The position numbers were made by a program, and so were the translations under genes. Under the pieces are notes generated by a model that saw nothing but the letters and a program-made list of their open reading frames with translations, was not told the DNA's origin and did not search any database. DNA of 64,000 bases from the human T2T-CHM13v2.0 reference genome, Homo sapiens: the NCBI RefSeq assembly GCF_009914755.1, contig NC_060929.1. The stretch is one strand, 5' to 3'. This document shows, piece after piece, positions 51,425-64,000 of this stretch (position 1 is the stretch's first letter; every line of letters begins with the position of its first letter).

Positions 51425-53739
51425 CTAAAATAATTTATTGGGCTGATGATAATTGCATTTGAGAATTAATTTAGCTAGATTAATTTATAACTAACTTAAT
51501 CAGATATCTATAAATTCACTTGTTTAGACAAAGTATAATTTATTGTACATTTAATGTGAACAGATGAATAAATAACCACACTATTTTTATTGCCTCCCAA
51601 ATTGTGGAACTTCATGCTACCACATAATACAGTTTATGACTTGTGACTAACAGGCTTGAGTGATGGCTGAAATGTCAAATACAGAAAAAATTTAGCAAAC
51701 ATGAATTCTTTTTTAAAAAGATTAACATAAACAGATATTTCAGAATTTTTTTGATCATTCTAATGAATCACCTTGTTTTTCCCCCTCTGCCATTTGAAGC
51801 CACTATTCTATAGTATGGATATAAATTGTGAAACTGTTTTCCTGTGATCAAGATTTATGTGTGTTCACGTCCTCTCTCTCTTCTCTCCCCTTCTCTTTCC
51901 CTTTCTCTCCCCTTTCCTCTCCTCCCCTCTTCCTCTCTTTCCTTTCCTCTTCCCCCTCTTATTCCAAATAATGCTGTTATCAGCATCCTTGTATTTATAT
52001 TCTTGAATATTTGTGTAAATGTGTAGGTAACAGATTACTAGGAGTGAATTTGATTGGTCAGATGGCATACATATTTAAAATAATCAGCTACTGCCATGTT
52101 ACCCAAAAACATTCTGATAATTTGCACTCTCACCAATGATCATTGAAATATTTCTAGTCACACAATTGGTAGAAAGGGAAAAGGCCTGTGTGTAGAAAGG
52201 AGAATAAAACACAAACATATCAGATATTCTAATGATAGTAAAAGATGAATGTTACCTCTTAAGGAGATAGAGCATAGGCAGTAAAAGAATACAGATAAAA
52301 GATTTTTTTAACTCCTAGAATCTATTCATTAAGGCCATAGTGAGAAAGTTGTCACCTAATATCTTGTCTTCTGATTTCCCTTCAGTACTTAGTAGCAAAA
52401 AAACAGTTGGCCCATACCTTTAGAAAATGTTTCTTATAACCCCTAATAGACATATCTAATGTTTAATTATATTTTTTTAATCTGCAGAGCAGATGTTTAG
52501 TGCAGGAAGCATTTTGATGGTTCTTCTTTCATTTAGGAAGACTTGTGGAAGAGAGACTTTAGTTTCATAACTTGACAGAATTTGGTTCTCTGTGACTACT
52601 AACAGGAGAAAATGGAGAGGATGAGATTTAGAAACTAAGGCAAATCAAGATGAAAACATCCGGCTGGGGACAATGACTCACGCCTATAATCCCAGCACTT
52701 TGGGAGGCTGAGGCAGGTGGGTCACTTAGGCCAGGAGTTTGAGACCAGCCTGGCCAACATGGTGAAACCCCATCTCTACTAAAAATACAAAAATTAGCTA
52801 GGCGTGGTGGCGTGTTCCTGTATTCTCAACTACTGAGGAGGCTGAAGCACAAGAATCTCTGGAACCTAGGAGGTGAGGTGGCAGTGAGCTGAGATCGCAC
52901 CACTGAACTCTAGCCTGGACGGCAGAGCAAGACTCCATTCTCAAAAAATAAAAAATAAAAGACAAAAACATCCTAAATTGGAGTAAGCTCTAGAGGGAGG
53001 GGGAAAAAAAAACACCCCATACTGCATGAAGAGATAGTATCAGTGATGACCTACTTGAATGATTATTTTAGTATATATGTTTTAATTTTTTTTGAGACTT
53101 TATAGATTACATTGTTTTCGTCTTTTTAAAACAGTGGATACTTTTCTTTTATATTTAGGTTACTTTGAAAGTTTTAACCAAGTTTTTTTCCCTTAAACCA
53201 TATAGTTTAAACTATAAAAAGAGAGAGTTATGCATACGAATACCATTATCTAGTGTGGACATGAAGATGAAGGGGGCAAACAATAAGAACATTTTGTTAT
53301 TTGCCAAGAATAGAATAAAATTGTGGATTCAAGATTTCAGATTTGGTAGCCGCTAGTTGGAATAGAGGGATAGTTTTATAGAAATGTTGCACTTGCTGAA
53401 AAAGATCCTAAGACAAGTAAAGGGGCTAGTTGATATGAAACTGTTTTTATTTAAATTTCTTAGTTTGAGTTTCCTTGACTGTTTAAGTAGAATATGTGTT
53501 TGTAAATGTTTCAAAGACGTATATCAATACCTTTTTCCCCACTCTTAAGCTAAGAGAGTTAATGGCTTTTAGATTTTAGGGGTTTTTTTCCCTGTCAAAA
53601 TGGAATGTTACTTCTTTTCCATTGCTTCATATTTTCTGTAAACTTTGTGACTTCTTAAGTTATATACATATAAATACTCATATTAGTTGAATTCAATAAT
53701 ATGGGGCAGTGATAGTTTTTGTTTTTGTTTTTTTTTTGA

Positions 53740-53901
<162 letters not shown>

Positions 53902-53920
53902 TAATAGAGACGAGGTTTCA

Positions 53921-54034
<114 letters not shown>

Positions 54035-54937
54035 TTAAGGATAATGCTTTTCAAATATTAAAATATGAAATATTCAATACTAAGGCACATAGATCATTCT
54101 TAGTTTTATTGTCAAGTTTTAGCCACTTTATCAGGGTATCGAGGTAGCCTCAACATCAAAGGGATACAGTTGTCAACTTGTTTAAGCAGACACCAAATTA
54201 GTGGAAGTAAATGCTAAAGAAATTCAGAGGGTTTGGGGATAGAGATCATTATGACTTGGGTACCAGTCAGAGGTTTCTTTCTTTCTTTCCTTTTAAAATA
54301 GTTAATTGTATAAATATTTATTTTTTAGAGACATGGTCTCACTGTATCTCAGGCTGGTCTTGAACTCCTAGCCTCAAGTAATCCTCATGCCCTGGCCTCT
54401 TGAATTGCTGGGATTACAGGCATGAACCATCACACCTGGCCCTAGTCAGAAAGATTTAATTGGGACCTAAATTAAATCTTGAAAGGGTTAGACGTAAATA
54501 AGGGCAAGCGTGCTAGAAAAAGAAAGGATGTAAAGACATGGTTAGAATGGTGTATATACCTAGTTTGTTTTAAGGGTGTTGAGTGGGATATTTTGACACA
54601 AGCAGGCAATTTACTCACTGAAGTTAAAGATCATATTGAAAAGGCAGGACTTTAGAGATGTCTTATACTTGGTTTGTGATAGAGTAGGAACTGTGACCCA
54701 GGTCTTCTAACTTCTAATCCTAGATTTTCTCTACTGAGGAATTTGAATTTGTGACCATGGCACAAACACAGTTAAGGAGTTTGTTCTTTAGAAAGTGAGA
54801 AGCCACCGAAAATATTTATCAGAGGATGGTAGTTGTGAAACTGGTATCAGGATGATTTGGCAATAGTTTGAAGGAGAGTGGGAAGGAATAATTGAAATGA
54901 AAAAGCAAAGTACAGATAAGGGTTACAGTAATATAGT

Positions 54938-55290
54938 CAGTCATGCATTGCTTAATGACAGGGATATATTCTGAGAAACGTGTCGTTAGGTGATTTTGTC
55001 ATGGCGTGAAACTCATAGAGTGTACTTACACAAACTAGATAGTATAGCCCACTACCTACCTAGGCTATATGGTATAGACTGTTATTTCTAGGCTACAAAC
55101 CTGTATAGCATGTTACTGTACTGAATATTGTATAGTATTTGTAATCATAATACAGTGGTATGTATTTGTATATCTAAGCATATCTAAACATATACAAAGG
55201 TACAGTAAGAAAATGGTATTACAGTCTCATGGGATTATGCATCATATGTGCGGTTGTCTGACCAAAATATAGTTACGTGGCACATGTTTG
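54938..55290. mobile_element. Tigger3a/MER7-like DNA transposon
   Basis: cagtcatgcattgcttaatgacagggatatattctgagaaa...ctaggctacaaacctgtatagcatgttactgtactgaata. Confidence 0.85.
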
Positions 55291-56096
55291 TATGTTTAGG
55301 GGGGAAAGGGAAACACAGATTGTTTTTATTTTTTCTTATTTTTCTTTTTGTAGAAATGGAGTCTCACTTTGTTGCCCAGGCTGGTCTTAACTCCTGGGCT
55401 CAAGTGATCCTCCCACCTCGGTCTCTCAAAGTGCTGGAATTACAGGCATGAGCCACCATGCTCGGCTAGATTATTTTGAAAGCTATTTCAGGAACAGTTA
55501 AAAGCTACAGCCTCTGGTGGAGAAGTAGAAATACTTGCCTTCTGTTATATTCTCTTTCATAATAGTTGATAATTTTTTCCATCTGCATTATTGCTTAGTT
55601 ACGATTCAGTTTTTAAAAGTAAAACAGATAAAAGTTTGGATCCAGCAAAAGAGCAGTTAGATTGTTTTGCTAGTCTAGATTTAATAGTCTCTGTATTAGG
55701 TGTCATTGAATGGTAAAAGTGAATGGAAATGCTATTCCAAAAGGAGGCCATCCAGATTAAAGAGTAAAGATAGTGCATTGGAAGAAGTCGTGGCTAAAAG
55801 GAATGAAAGAAGAAATGATTAATGCTGACTGTGACATTTTTGTTCAGAAGCAACAAGGTGCTGTGCAATACATACTAATTTGGGAGACAGAAAACCAAAA
55901 TTCTATTTGTCTTTGCCATCAAGTAAGCAAGTTATTTTACTTATATGATCTTGATTGTTCATGTGTAAAATGTGGATATCATGTTATGTTTTATTCAAGG
56001 TCTCAGATATTCTGTGAGACTCTGAAAAAAGGTCTAAAAGTCTATAAGCAGCTATTGTGTAGCAGGTGCAAGTTAAAAGATGAGTAGGTGTAAATA

Positions 56097-57345
56097 AGAG
56101 GGGACTTAAACGTTTGTGGAACAATGTAATTAAATGATAAAAACTATTAACTCTGTTTTTCAACATAACTCCATCAAGTTCAAGACCCTTTTGTAAGCAA
56201 TGATAGCAGTCATTTAGACCATCCCTGAAGAACTGAGGGCCCTGGCAGTTTAACCGTGTCAGTGCTGTCTTTTTTACATTAACTGAAGAAAAATGGGCCC
56301 CCTCTAAAATTTAAGATTAGGAAATGAAGTCAGAAGGAGCCAAATCAGGACTGAAAGGTGGATGCCTAATGATTTCCCATTGAAACTTTGCAAAGGTGCC
56401 CTTGTTTGATGAGAGGAATGAGCAGGAGTATTGTGGTTAAGGACTCTCTGGTGAAGCTTTCCCAGGCATTTTTCTGCTAAAGCTTTCCCAGGCATTTTTC
56501 TGCTAAAGCTTTAGCTTTCCTTCTCAAAACACTCTCATAATAAGCAGATGTTACTGTTCTTTATCCCTTCCAAACAACTGTTGCCATGACCTTTGCTCTT
56601 GACTGGTCCTCTTTTGCTTTGAGTGGATCCCTTCCACTTCTTGGTAGCTAGTGCTTTGATTGTGATTTGTCTTCTGGATCATACTGGTAAAGCCGTGTGC
56701 AGTTCTTTGAAGAAATGCTTCAGAATCTTGATCCCACTTGTTTAAACTTTCCATTGAAAGCTCTATTTTTGTCTGCAGATGATGTGGGCACACATTGAGT
56801 GGAAATTATTCAACTTTAATTTTTCATTCAGAATCATGTAAGCTGAACCAAGTGAGATGTCTTGTCTGTGGTATTGGCTATTTCTGTTGTTAATCGTCAG
56901 TCCTCTTCAGTTAGGGCACTAACAAGATTAATTTTTTCCTTGTCAATTGATGGGGATGATCTGCTGCTGCTTCTGTGAGGGCTTCATCTTCAGAATCACC
57001 TCATCTTTTCTTAAAATGAGTTATCTATTTGAAATTTCTTGTTTCCTTGGGGTATTGTCCCCATAAACTTTTCGTAAAGCATCAGTGATTTCATTATTCT
57101 TCCACCCAAGTTTCACCATAAATTTGGTATTTGTTCTTGCTTCGATTTTAGCAGAATTCATGTTGATCTGATAGGGGCTTTTCGCAAACTGATGTCTTAC
57201 CTTTGTGGTGCCTTAAACAAGATTCTGTTGAAACATGTTATCACAAGTTAGCACAAGTTTATTTTGGTGCAGAATTTTTTTCTTGAAATTCTTGCATAGT
57301 TTTTCCATGATACACATTTTTTATGAACTTTTTGAAGACTCCTTG
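56097..57345 (-). mobile_element. Near-full-length HSMAR2 mariner with transposase pseudogene
   Basis: TIR-like ends with TA flanks; minus-strand ATG 57161 reads MNSAKIEARTNTKFMVKLGWKNNEITDALRKVYGDN; PFSPDLAPSDF motif near 56325-56359; frameshifted. Confidence 0.92.
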
Positions 57346-57866
57346 TAGGAGTAACAGAAGTACTTAGGGGTTTCATTTTTTAAAAACAAACCCTTTCATA
57401 TCAATACAAGATATGTGGCCATATAAGAAACAAGCTTGGAGGTTTCCTGATCAAATGAAGTAGCTATTGATGCAGTGTTCATGACTGCCCAAGTAGAAAA
57501 CCTAATGAGTAGTCAGAAATATGGTGGTACTGAAGAAAAAGAGGAGTGATATTGCTGTTACTTTTAGTATAAGAATTTAGCAGATTTGCTTCACATCTGT
57601 TAAAAGTTTCCAGCCTGAAGAGCCTTTGACACCAAGGATTAAGCAGTCAAGGAGTTCATTCTAATTTTAATATCAGTTTATTAATCTTACCTGTTTATTC
57701 ATTTTCAGAAAGATACTCAAAGCCTGAGCTCAAAAATCCTTTTGATGTGTCTTGGGGTCTTTGTATAATGGATCCTGGTGGATCATGTTTTCTTATACAT
57801 AATGTAAATGATACTGTCCTACTCAGGGTAAGCTTTACATTAAACTTAATTTCCTCTCCTTTTCAG

Positions 57867-57969
57867 ATTGTTAAAGGAAATGGGCTGGCAGGAAGACAGT
57901 GAAAATGATGAAACATGTGCTCCCTTAACTGAGGATGAAATGAGAGAATTCCAAGTTATTAGTGAACAG
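57867..57969 (+). CDS. GPBP1: GPBP1 coding exon 9 (LLKEMGWQE...ISEQ)
   Basis: ctccttttcag| ... CAG|gtaaga, 103 nt. Confidence 0.96.
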
Positions 57970-59280
57970 GTAAGAAAACCTGAATCATACAACTTCACTT
58001 TTAAACTGCCCTTATTTAGAACAATATAATTATATGTAAGCATGGAGTGGGGGAGATTTAGGAATTTATCACGATAGGTCAGAATTGCTTTTAAAAAAAA
58101 AAAGAGGGAGGACAGGCTTTTGCTATGGTGTCCAGCTGGCCTCTAGAACTCCTGGGTGCCAGGTGATCCTCCAACCTTAGCCTCTGGAGTAACTGGGACT
58201 ACAGGCAGGAACCACTGCACCTGGTTGAATTGACTTTATAGAAGTCTGCAATAGTGACTTATTTAAACTATTGGGTGTGCAATAGTTAGGAATTAGTGTA
58301 AGTGATGTCTATGGATTAGTCATTTTCCAGACCTTTTTTGTTTTGTTTTTTGTTTTTGTTTTTGGCTTTTCTGGGGGAGGAGCAAGAGTGATAAGAAGTA
58401 GAGAGTGTTAGTAGCTTCCTAAGTAACTTCATCTTTTATCCTTTTCTTGCACAAGAGTATTTCATATTCTAAAACATCTTGCTTAATGTCTCCCTAGTTA
58501 CCTTTCTGAAAGAGTATTAGGGAATTTTTGTTAGAGCATCAGGAAGTTGAGATGCTTTTTTTCAAATCGATTATTTGTTTATTTAAAGAGTTGGGGTCTC
58601 ACTCTGTCATCTAGGCTGGAGTGCAGTGGCTGGTCATAGCTCACTGCATCCCCAAATTTCTGGGCTCAAGCAATACTCTTGCCTCAGCTTCCTGAGCAGC
58701 TGGGGCTACTGGCTTGTGCCACTACACTGGGCTTATTTTCTGTCTTTAAATTGTTTCTAATTTGGGCCAACTATCTTTTTTCTTCTTTGATGATGTTTTG
58801 ACTCAATTCTTATTTATTACCAACCTTTTAGTTATGATTTCTCATTTTCAGAAATAGAGAACTGTATTTTTTCTAGTATCTTCATCTCCGGTTAAACGAG
58901 ACAATTTTGTAACTTTATATACCTCATTCTACTTTACAAACTATGAACAAAGCAGATTGGGGGGTGTATTAATTTAGGTCAGAATAATAAAAATAACAGA
59001 TACAGCTTAATGGTTTCTGATTATATTCTGGTAAGTCCCTGAAGGTATTTATTACAGTTGTCACTTGAGGCAATAAAAATGTGGGAAAGTTTAGTACCTT
59101 AATCAGTGTGACAATTATTACTCACATCTACTTTGTCTGGATCCAGAATTTTTTCAGAAATATCATTACTTGTGTAGTTTTTGGGTTAGGATACAATTTT
59201 ATTATATTCATGCTTATATTATTACAGTAGGTTTGTAACTCTTGAGGGATAATTTATTTATTTTGCTGTTAACATTTTAG

Positions 59281-59439
59281 TTACAGAAGAATGGTCTGAG
59301 AAAAAATGGTATTTTGAAAAATGGCTTGATCTGTGACTTCAAGTTTGGACCGTGGAAGAACAGCACTTTCAAACCCACAACTGAGAATGATGACACAGAG
59401 ACAAGTAGCAGTGATACATCAGATGACGACGATGTGTGA
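59281..59439 (+). CDS. GPBP1: GPBP1 last coding exon (LQKNGLRK...SDDDDV*)
   Basis: cattttag|TTA ..., stop TGA 59437-59439. Confidence 0.96.
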   Translation, partial: LQKNGLRKNGILKNGLICDFKFGPWKNSTFKPTTENDDTETSSSDTSDDDDV

Positions 59440-60950
59440 AGGATTTCCTAACAGCTTTAGAAATCTTAGTGTGATACATCTCTCATACAGTTTGGGGTGA
59501 ATTGTAAAAATGAAGAACTATAATTTATGTAGTGAAATACCCCATTAGAAGAGGATTTTTTGGGGGACTTCAATATGAAGAAAACCAAGAATGTTTTGTT
59601 GGGCTGTGTTGAACATTATTTCTTTGTAAATGAATGTTGTAGGAATGAGGACTTGGGTTGGTCCAACATTGACTTTCTTCATCACTGCAACATTTCTCTG
59701 ACTAGCAATGTGACGATGTAACAAATGAGATTTTCTCATTTAATAATAAAAAATTGTGTAATGTTTTGCAAAGCTTCTGTCTTAAAATGTCCAGGTCTTA
59801 AGAAAAAAGGCAGCTTACACTGTTTTGCTTGCAGAGTCATATCTTTTTCGTACAATGGAAATCCTCAAGTCCACTTTGTGCGGTCTCCCTCTCCTTCCCC
59901 CAAAAAACAACAACAACAAAACAAAAACCAAAAAGGAAAATGTAGCATGTTGGCTAAAACTGGAGCAAAGTGCACTAAAACAATTTCCTGAACTCACCTG
60001 TTGTACTATTCACCTTTTAAACCATAAATTGCTCTTTAGCCATTTGTAGTGCAGTAAATGTTACAGGAAAAGACTTGGCACATTTTCTTCCAAATTTCAA
60101 GAGGTGATTTTCAAAAGCTTTATTGGGGTATGTTGTCAGACCAGGGTTTTCAGAGTTGATGGAAAAGAGTCTTGTGAGAAAACTTATTTTGATAAATTAT
60201 TACACACGCAGAAAAACTGATCACACTGACTGGATCTGTCCACGACATGGAAAATAAACTGGATTTTCAGAATATTGTTGTTTTCTGTAGTGTTCAAGGT
60301 ATTGTTTCTAAACATAAACATACTCTAAACATGCTTTATTCACTTGTTAAAGTCATACTTTTAAAAGTAATACCTTACTAAAGATGGTGATTACTTTTCC
60401 GAGGTCAGAAAAGGAAAGCTAAGCGTTTTCATTATCAAATACACAAGCTTATTAAATGAATGACTGTTAACTACTTTATTTTCATTTGCACATTAATTTT
60501 GGAATTGTTTCTGTTTTGCTGCTGACGGAAATACTATTTTGGCTCTGTGTATATTTGTATTTTGATTTTTCTGGTTTGTTTACCCCCATTTGCTTTTAGC
60601 TCCCCCTTATGTTTAAATATATTCTAACTTATGTAAAGAGCATAATCTTAGAGCAAAAATACTTGAGGTTTTATGTCAGATCTAATCTTAAGTGTTTGTT
60701 GTTTTTTAAAAGGTGTTTTCTCAGATGGCTGCAGTGTTTTTGCTATTTCTGCATAAATACCCTACCTGGACTCCCCAGTTTTCACCAGAAACTGTTATTT
60801 TTTTTTGTTGTTGTTCCCACTGAGACTGATGGTGATGGGGAAATTAAAAACAACACACTAGCACACTCCCACAAAACTTGAGGAAGAGTTAGAATGGTAA
60901 TAAAATATTAAATAGACCTTATACTTAAAATAAGGTTTCACTATATAATT
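59440..60950 (+). terminator. GPBP1: 3'UTR with tandem poly(A) signals
   Basis: AATAAA 59745, AATAAA 60253 (followed by a GT/T-rich tract), ATTAAA 60451, AATAAA 60899, ATTAAA 60907. No interspersed repeats seen. Confidence 0.8.
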
Positions 60951-62882
60951 TGTCACAATTCAATCTAATCAGCTAAAGTTAAATGTAGTTAGAATTAGCC
61001 ACAGGAGAATGTAAAGCATGCTTTGACGAAGCTATCGGTAACACATATTGAATGTCTTTGAGACTCTTAGATTGTACTATTTGCTTAATAGATTAATGAA
61101 ATTTATCAGATACAACCTGTATTTCCAAAAACAAGCTAGAAGGAACCTGAGGAATGTGGTTTACATTTGAGATCCACCTTACTGTGTTTTCTACTTTCAG
61201 AAAAGATTCTGTAGTTTTGGTTTTTGGCATCTTTCTTATACTCAGTTTTTTCTGCCTTAATTCCCATTTACCAGCAGTTAACTCATGTTTATTGTGCTTT
61301 CATGCATTGTGATATGGAATGTGTTTAGTAATTTACTCCTTATAAATATGGTAAAGTACAGTGGTATGGTTATTCTATGCATTAAGTTAATGACATTAAT
61401 AAGCTTGGTTATGAGGGGTTGGAGCCATACATGTAATTTAAGAGAACAGTTAAAAGTGTAACATAGTTTTAGCTTGGTGTCTAAATAATGGGCAGCTGAT
61501 AAAACAGCTTGGACCATATTGTTTTAAAGAGAGCCTACAAGCACAGAAACTAGTTATAGATCTAATGTGGAATTGCTGAACTCAGAACTAGGCCATGGAA
61601 GTCTGAAAAGCAAATATGGCTGTTTCAAACTCATTTTTTTGGCAGCTTTTTTATTTTTAACACTTTATTGAGGTATAAATTGACTTGAACACACAGGTAA
61701 AACATACAGTTTACAGTGTTTTGACCTACAACTAAGTGAACATAATCTATTATTCCCCCGAATTTCTTGGTTCCTTTTAAGTCCCTGTCACTAATTCTCC
61801 ACCCCCCTCTCATTTTATTTTGGTATAAAATGTAATTAATGAGCAAAATTCTTAAGGTAATGACTTAAAATAGCATTTCAAAAACTATTTGCTTGATTTT
61901 AGTATAAGGATTAGAATATTTCTGCAGATAATTTCTATTGAAATTGTTAATCTAAAATCAGCTTGACTTAATCAGATTTATATTAACAGAATTCAGTATG
62001 TTAAAGGATCTGGTTCCCCCAAAATACTTTGTCCTTTTTTGCTAGTGTTTATGTATACTGTTAGAATGTGGTTATATAAACCTTTTAAATTTAGGAATCT
62101 GTTAAATAACTTGTTTTAACACCCCATCCGTCGTCATCCCTAATCTGATACTGGAGTCTAAATACATGCTCCATAATCATGCAAACTAAGTTGAATCTAG
62201 ATGATGAGGGTAGACTGGGTGCGGTAGCTCATACCTGTAATCCCAGGACTTTGGGAGGCCAAGGTCAGCAGATCACCTGAGGTCAGGAGTTAGAGACCAG
62301 CCTGGGCCAACGTGGTGAAACCCTGTCTCTACTTAAAAAAAAAAAAATACAAAAATTAGCCGGGCGTGGGGGCATACACCTGTAATTCCAGCTACTCATA
62401 GGATATTGAGGCAGGAGAATCGCTTGAACCCAGGAGTCGGAGGTTGCAGTGAGTTGAGATCGTGCCATTGTGCTCCAGCCTGGGCAACAGAGTGAGACTA
62501 CGTCTCAAAATAAAAAAAAAATGATAACTAGGGTAGAAAGGATACACACTTGTGAAATATTTCTATAAAGTGAGATTTTTATTTTGGCTTACACAATAAG
62601 GGATGTGTTACTAGGGCTTTTAAATGATTATCACTAAGAGTTGGATATTTTAACTTTTAGATAGTTAAGTTTCCTGAGGTTATAAAAGTTATTTGGCTGT
62701 TAGGGGAACGACAGGACATATCAAGCAATAGAAAAATCCGTGAAAGCCTCCAGATGCCGCAGAGATGCTTCAGATTCTGGTTTTTGTTTTGCTACTTAAT
62801 ATTTCCTTTCTTTAGGCAGGGCTGAATGCTTGCACTTAAAACGATGGGACTCAGAGGACAGCTGTGATTGTTTTAATATTTA

Positions 62883-63322
<440 letters not shown>

Positions 63323-63762
63323 ATGGGACACGTGGACCTGAAACATTCGTAGTTTAGGACTTGAGAATGTGTTGTAATTAAGAGGTTTTGTAATTGTGAA
63401 TTTTTGTTCAGTTGTACAGTTAACTTTAAGTTCATTCTGCCTACCCATATGGATTCGTTTTGTAGAACTACTCTGGCATAGTGATTGAAGGTACAATGTA
63501 TTATATCATTAGGTCTGGTTGAAGGACACTGCTGAAGCATGTTCCATGCAGCAGTGTCCTAACTTGCAATATGTAAGAGCATGTGTAGTGGTGGGGCCCA
63601 AACTTATCTACACCATTGGTATCATTGGGGAGCTTCCCCAATGTGTCCACCATCCCCCACCAACACCCCAGATTGTGGTTTAATTAGACTGGGGCGTGGC
63701 CTGGGCTTTAGAATATTTAAAAATCCTGCCCCCAAAACCCATTCTTTTTTTTTATTTTTTGA

Positions 63763-63999
<237 letters not shown>

Positions 64000-64000
64000 C

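Noticed and set aside
56304-56793. Minus-strand ORFs as a functional or domesticated transposase
   Set aside because: The HSMAR2 frame is broken by multiple frameshifts, deletions and stops.

Overview
Human/primate genomic DNA, very Alu-rich, containing the complete coding region of GPBP1 (vasculin, GC-rich promoter-binding protein 1) on the + strand. The promoter and first 5'UTR exon(s) lie upstream of the window. Ten constitutive coding exons (10443-10505, 27119-27242, 27370-27593, 32238-32304, 42572-42756, 43347-43487, 45678-45845, 47641-47828, 57867-57969, 59281-59439) splice in phase to 1422 nt, giving 473 aa ([10 protein letters not shown]...SDDDDV). One intron (47829-57866) is GC-AG. 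The sequence also shows a 60-nt in-frame cassette exon, two candidate 21-nt in-frame microexons, candidate poison/recursive splice sites, a 3-codon uORF and tandem poly(A) signals. Introns hold roughly 70 Alu/FLAM copies, old L1/L2/MIR pieces, two ERV1 solo LTRs with 4-bp TSDs, a degraded class III ERV with integrase and env motifs, MaLR/MER21 LTRs, three Tigger elements, a near-full-length HSMAR2 mariner, an AluYa5 and a ~690-bp C/T tract. The most unusual structures are several old local templated duplications (inverted and direct) and an L1-retroposed, polyadenylated MLT1 fragment. Nothing here can be supported as a wholly new biological system. Repeat family names come from recalled consensus sequences, not from a search, and repeat boundaries are approximate.
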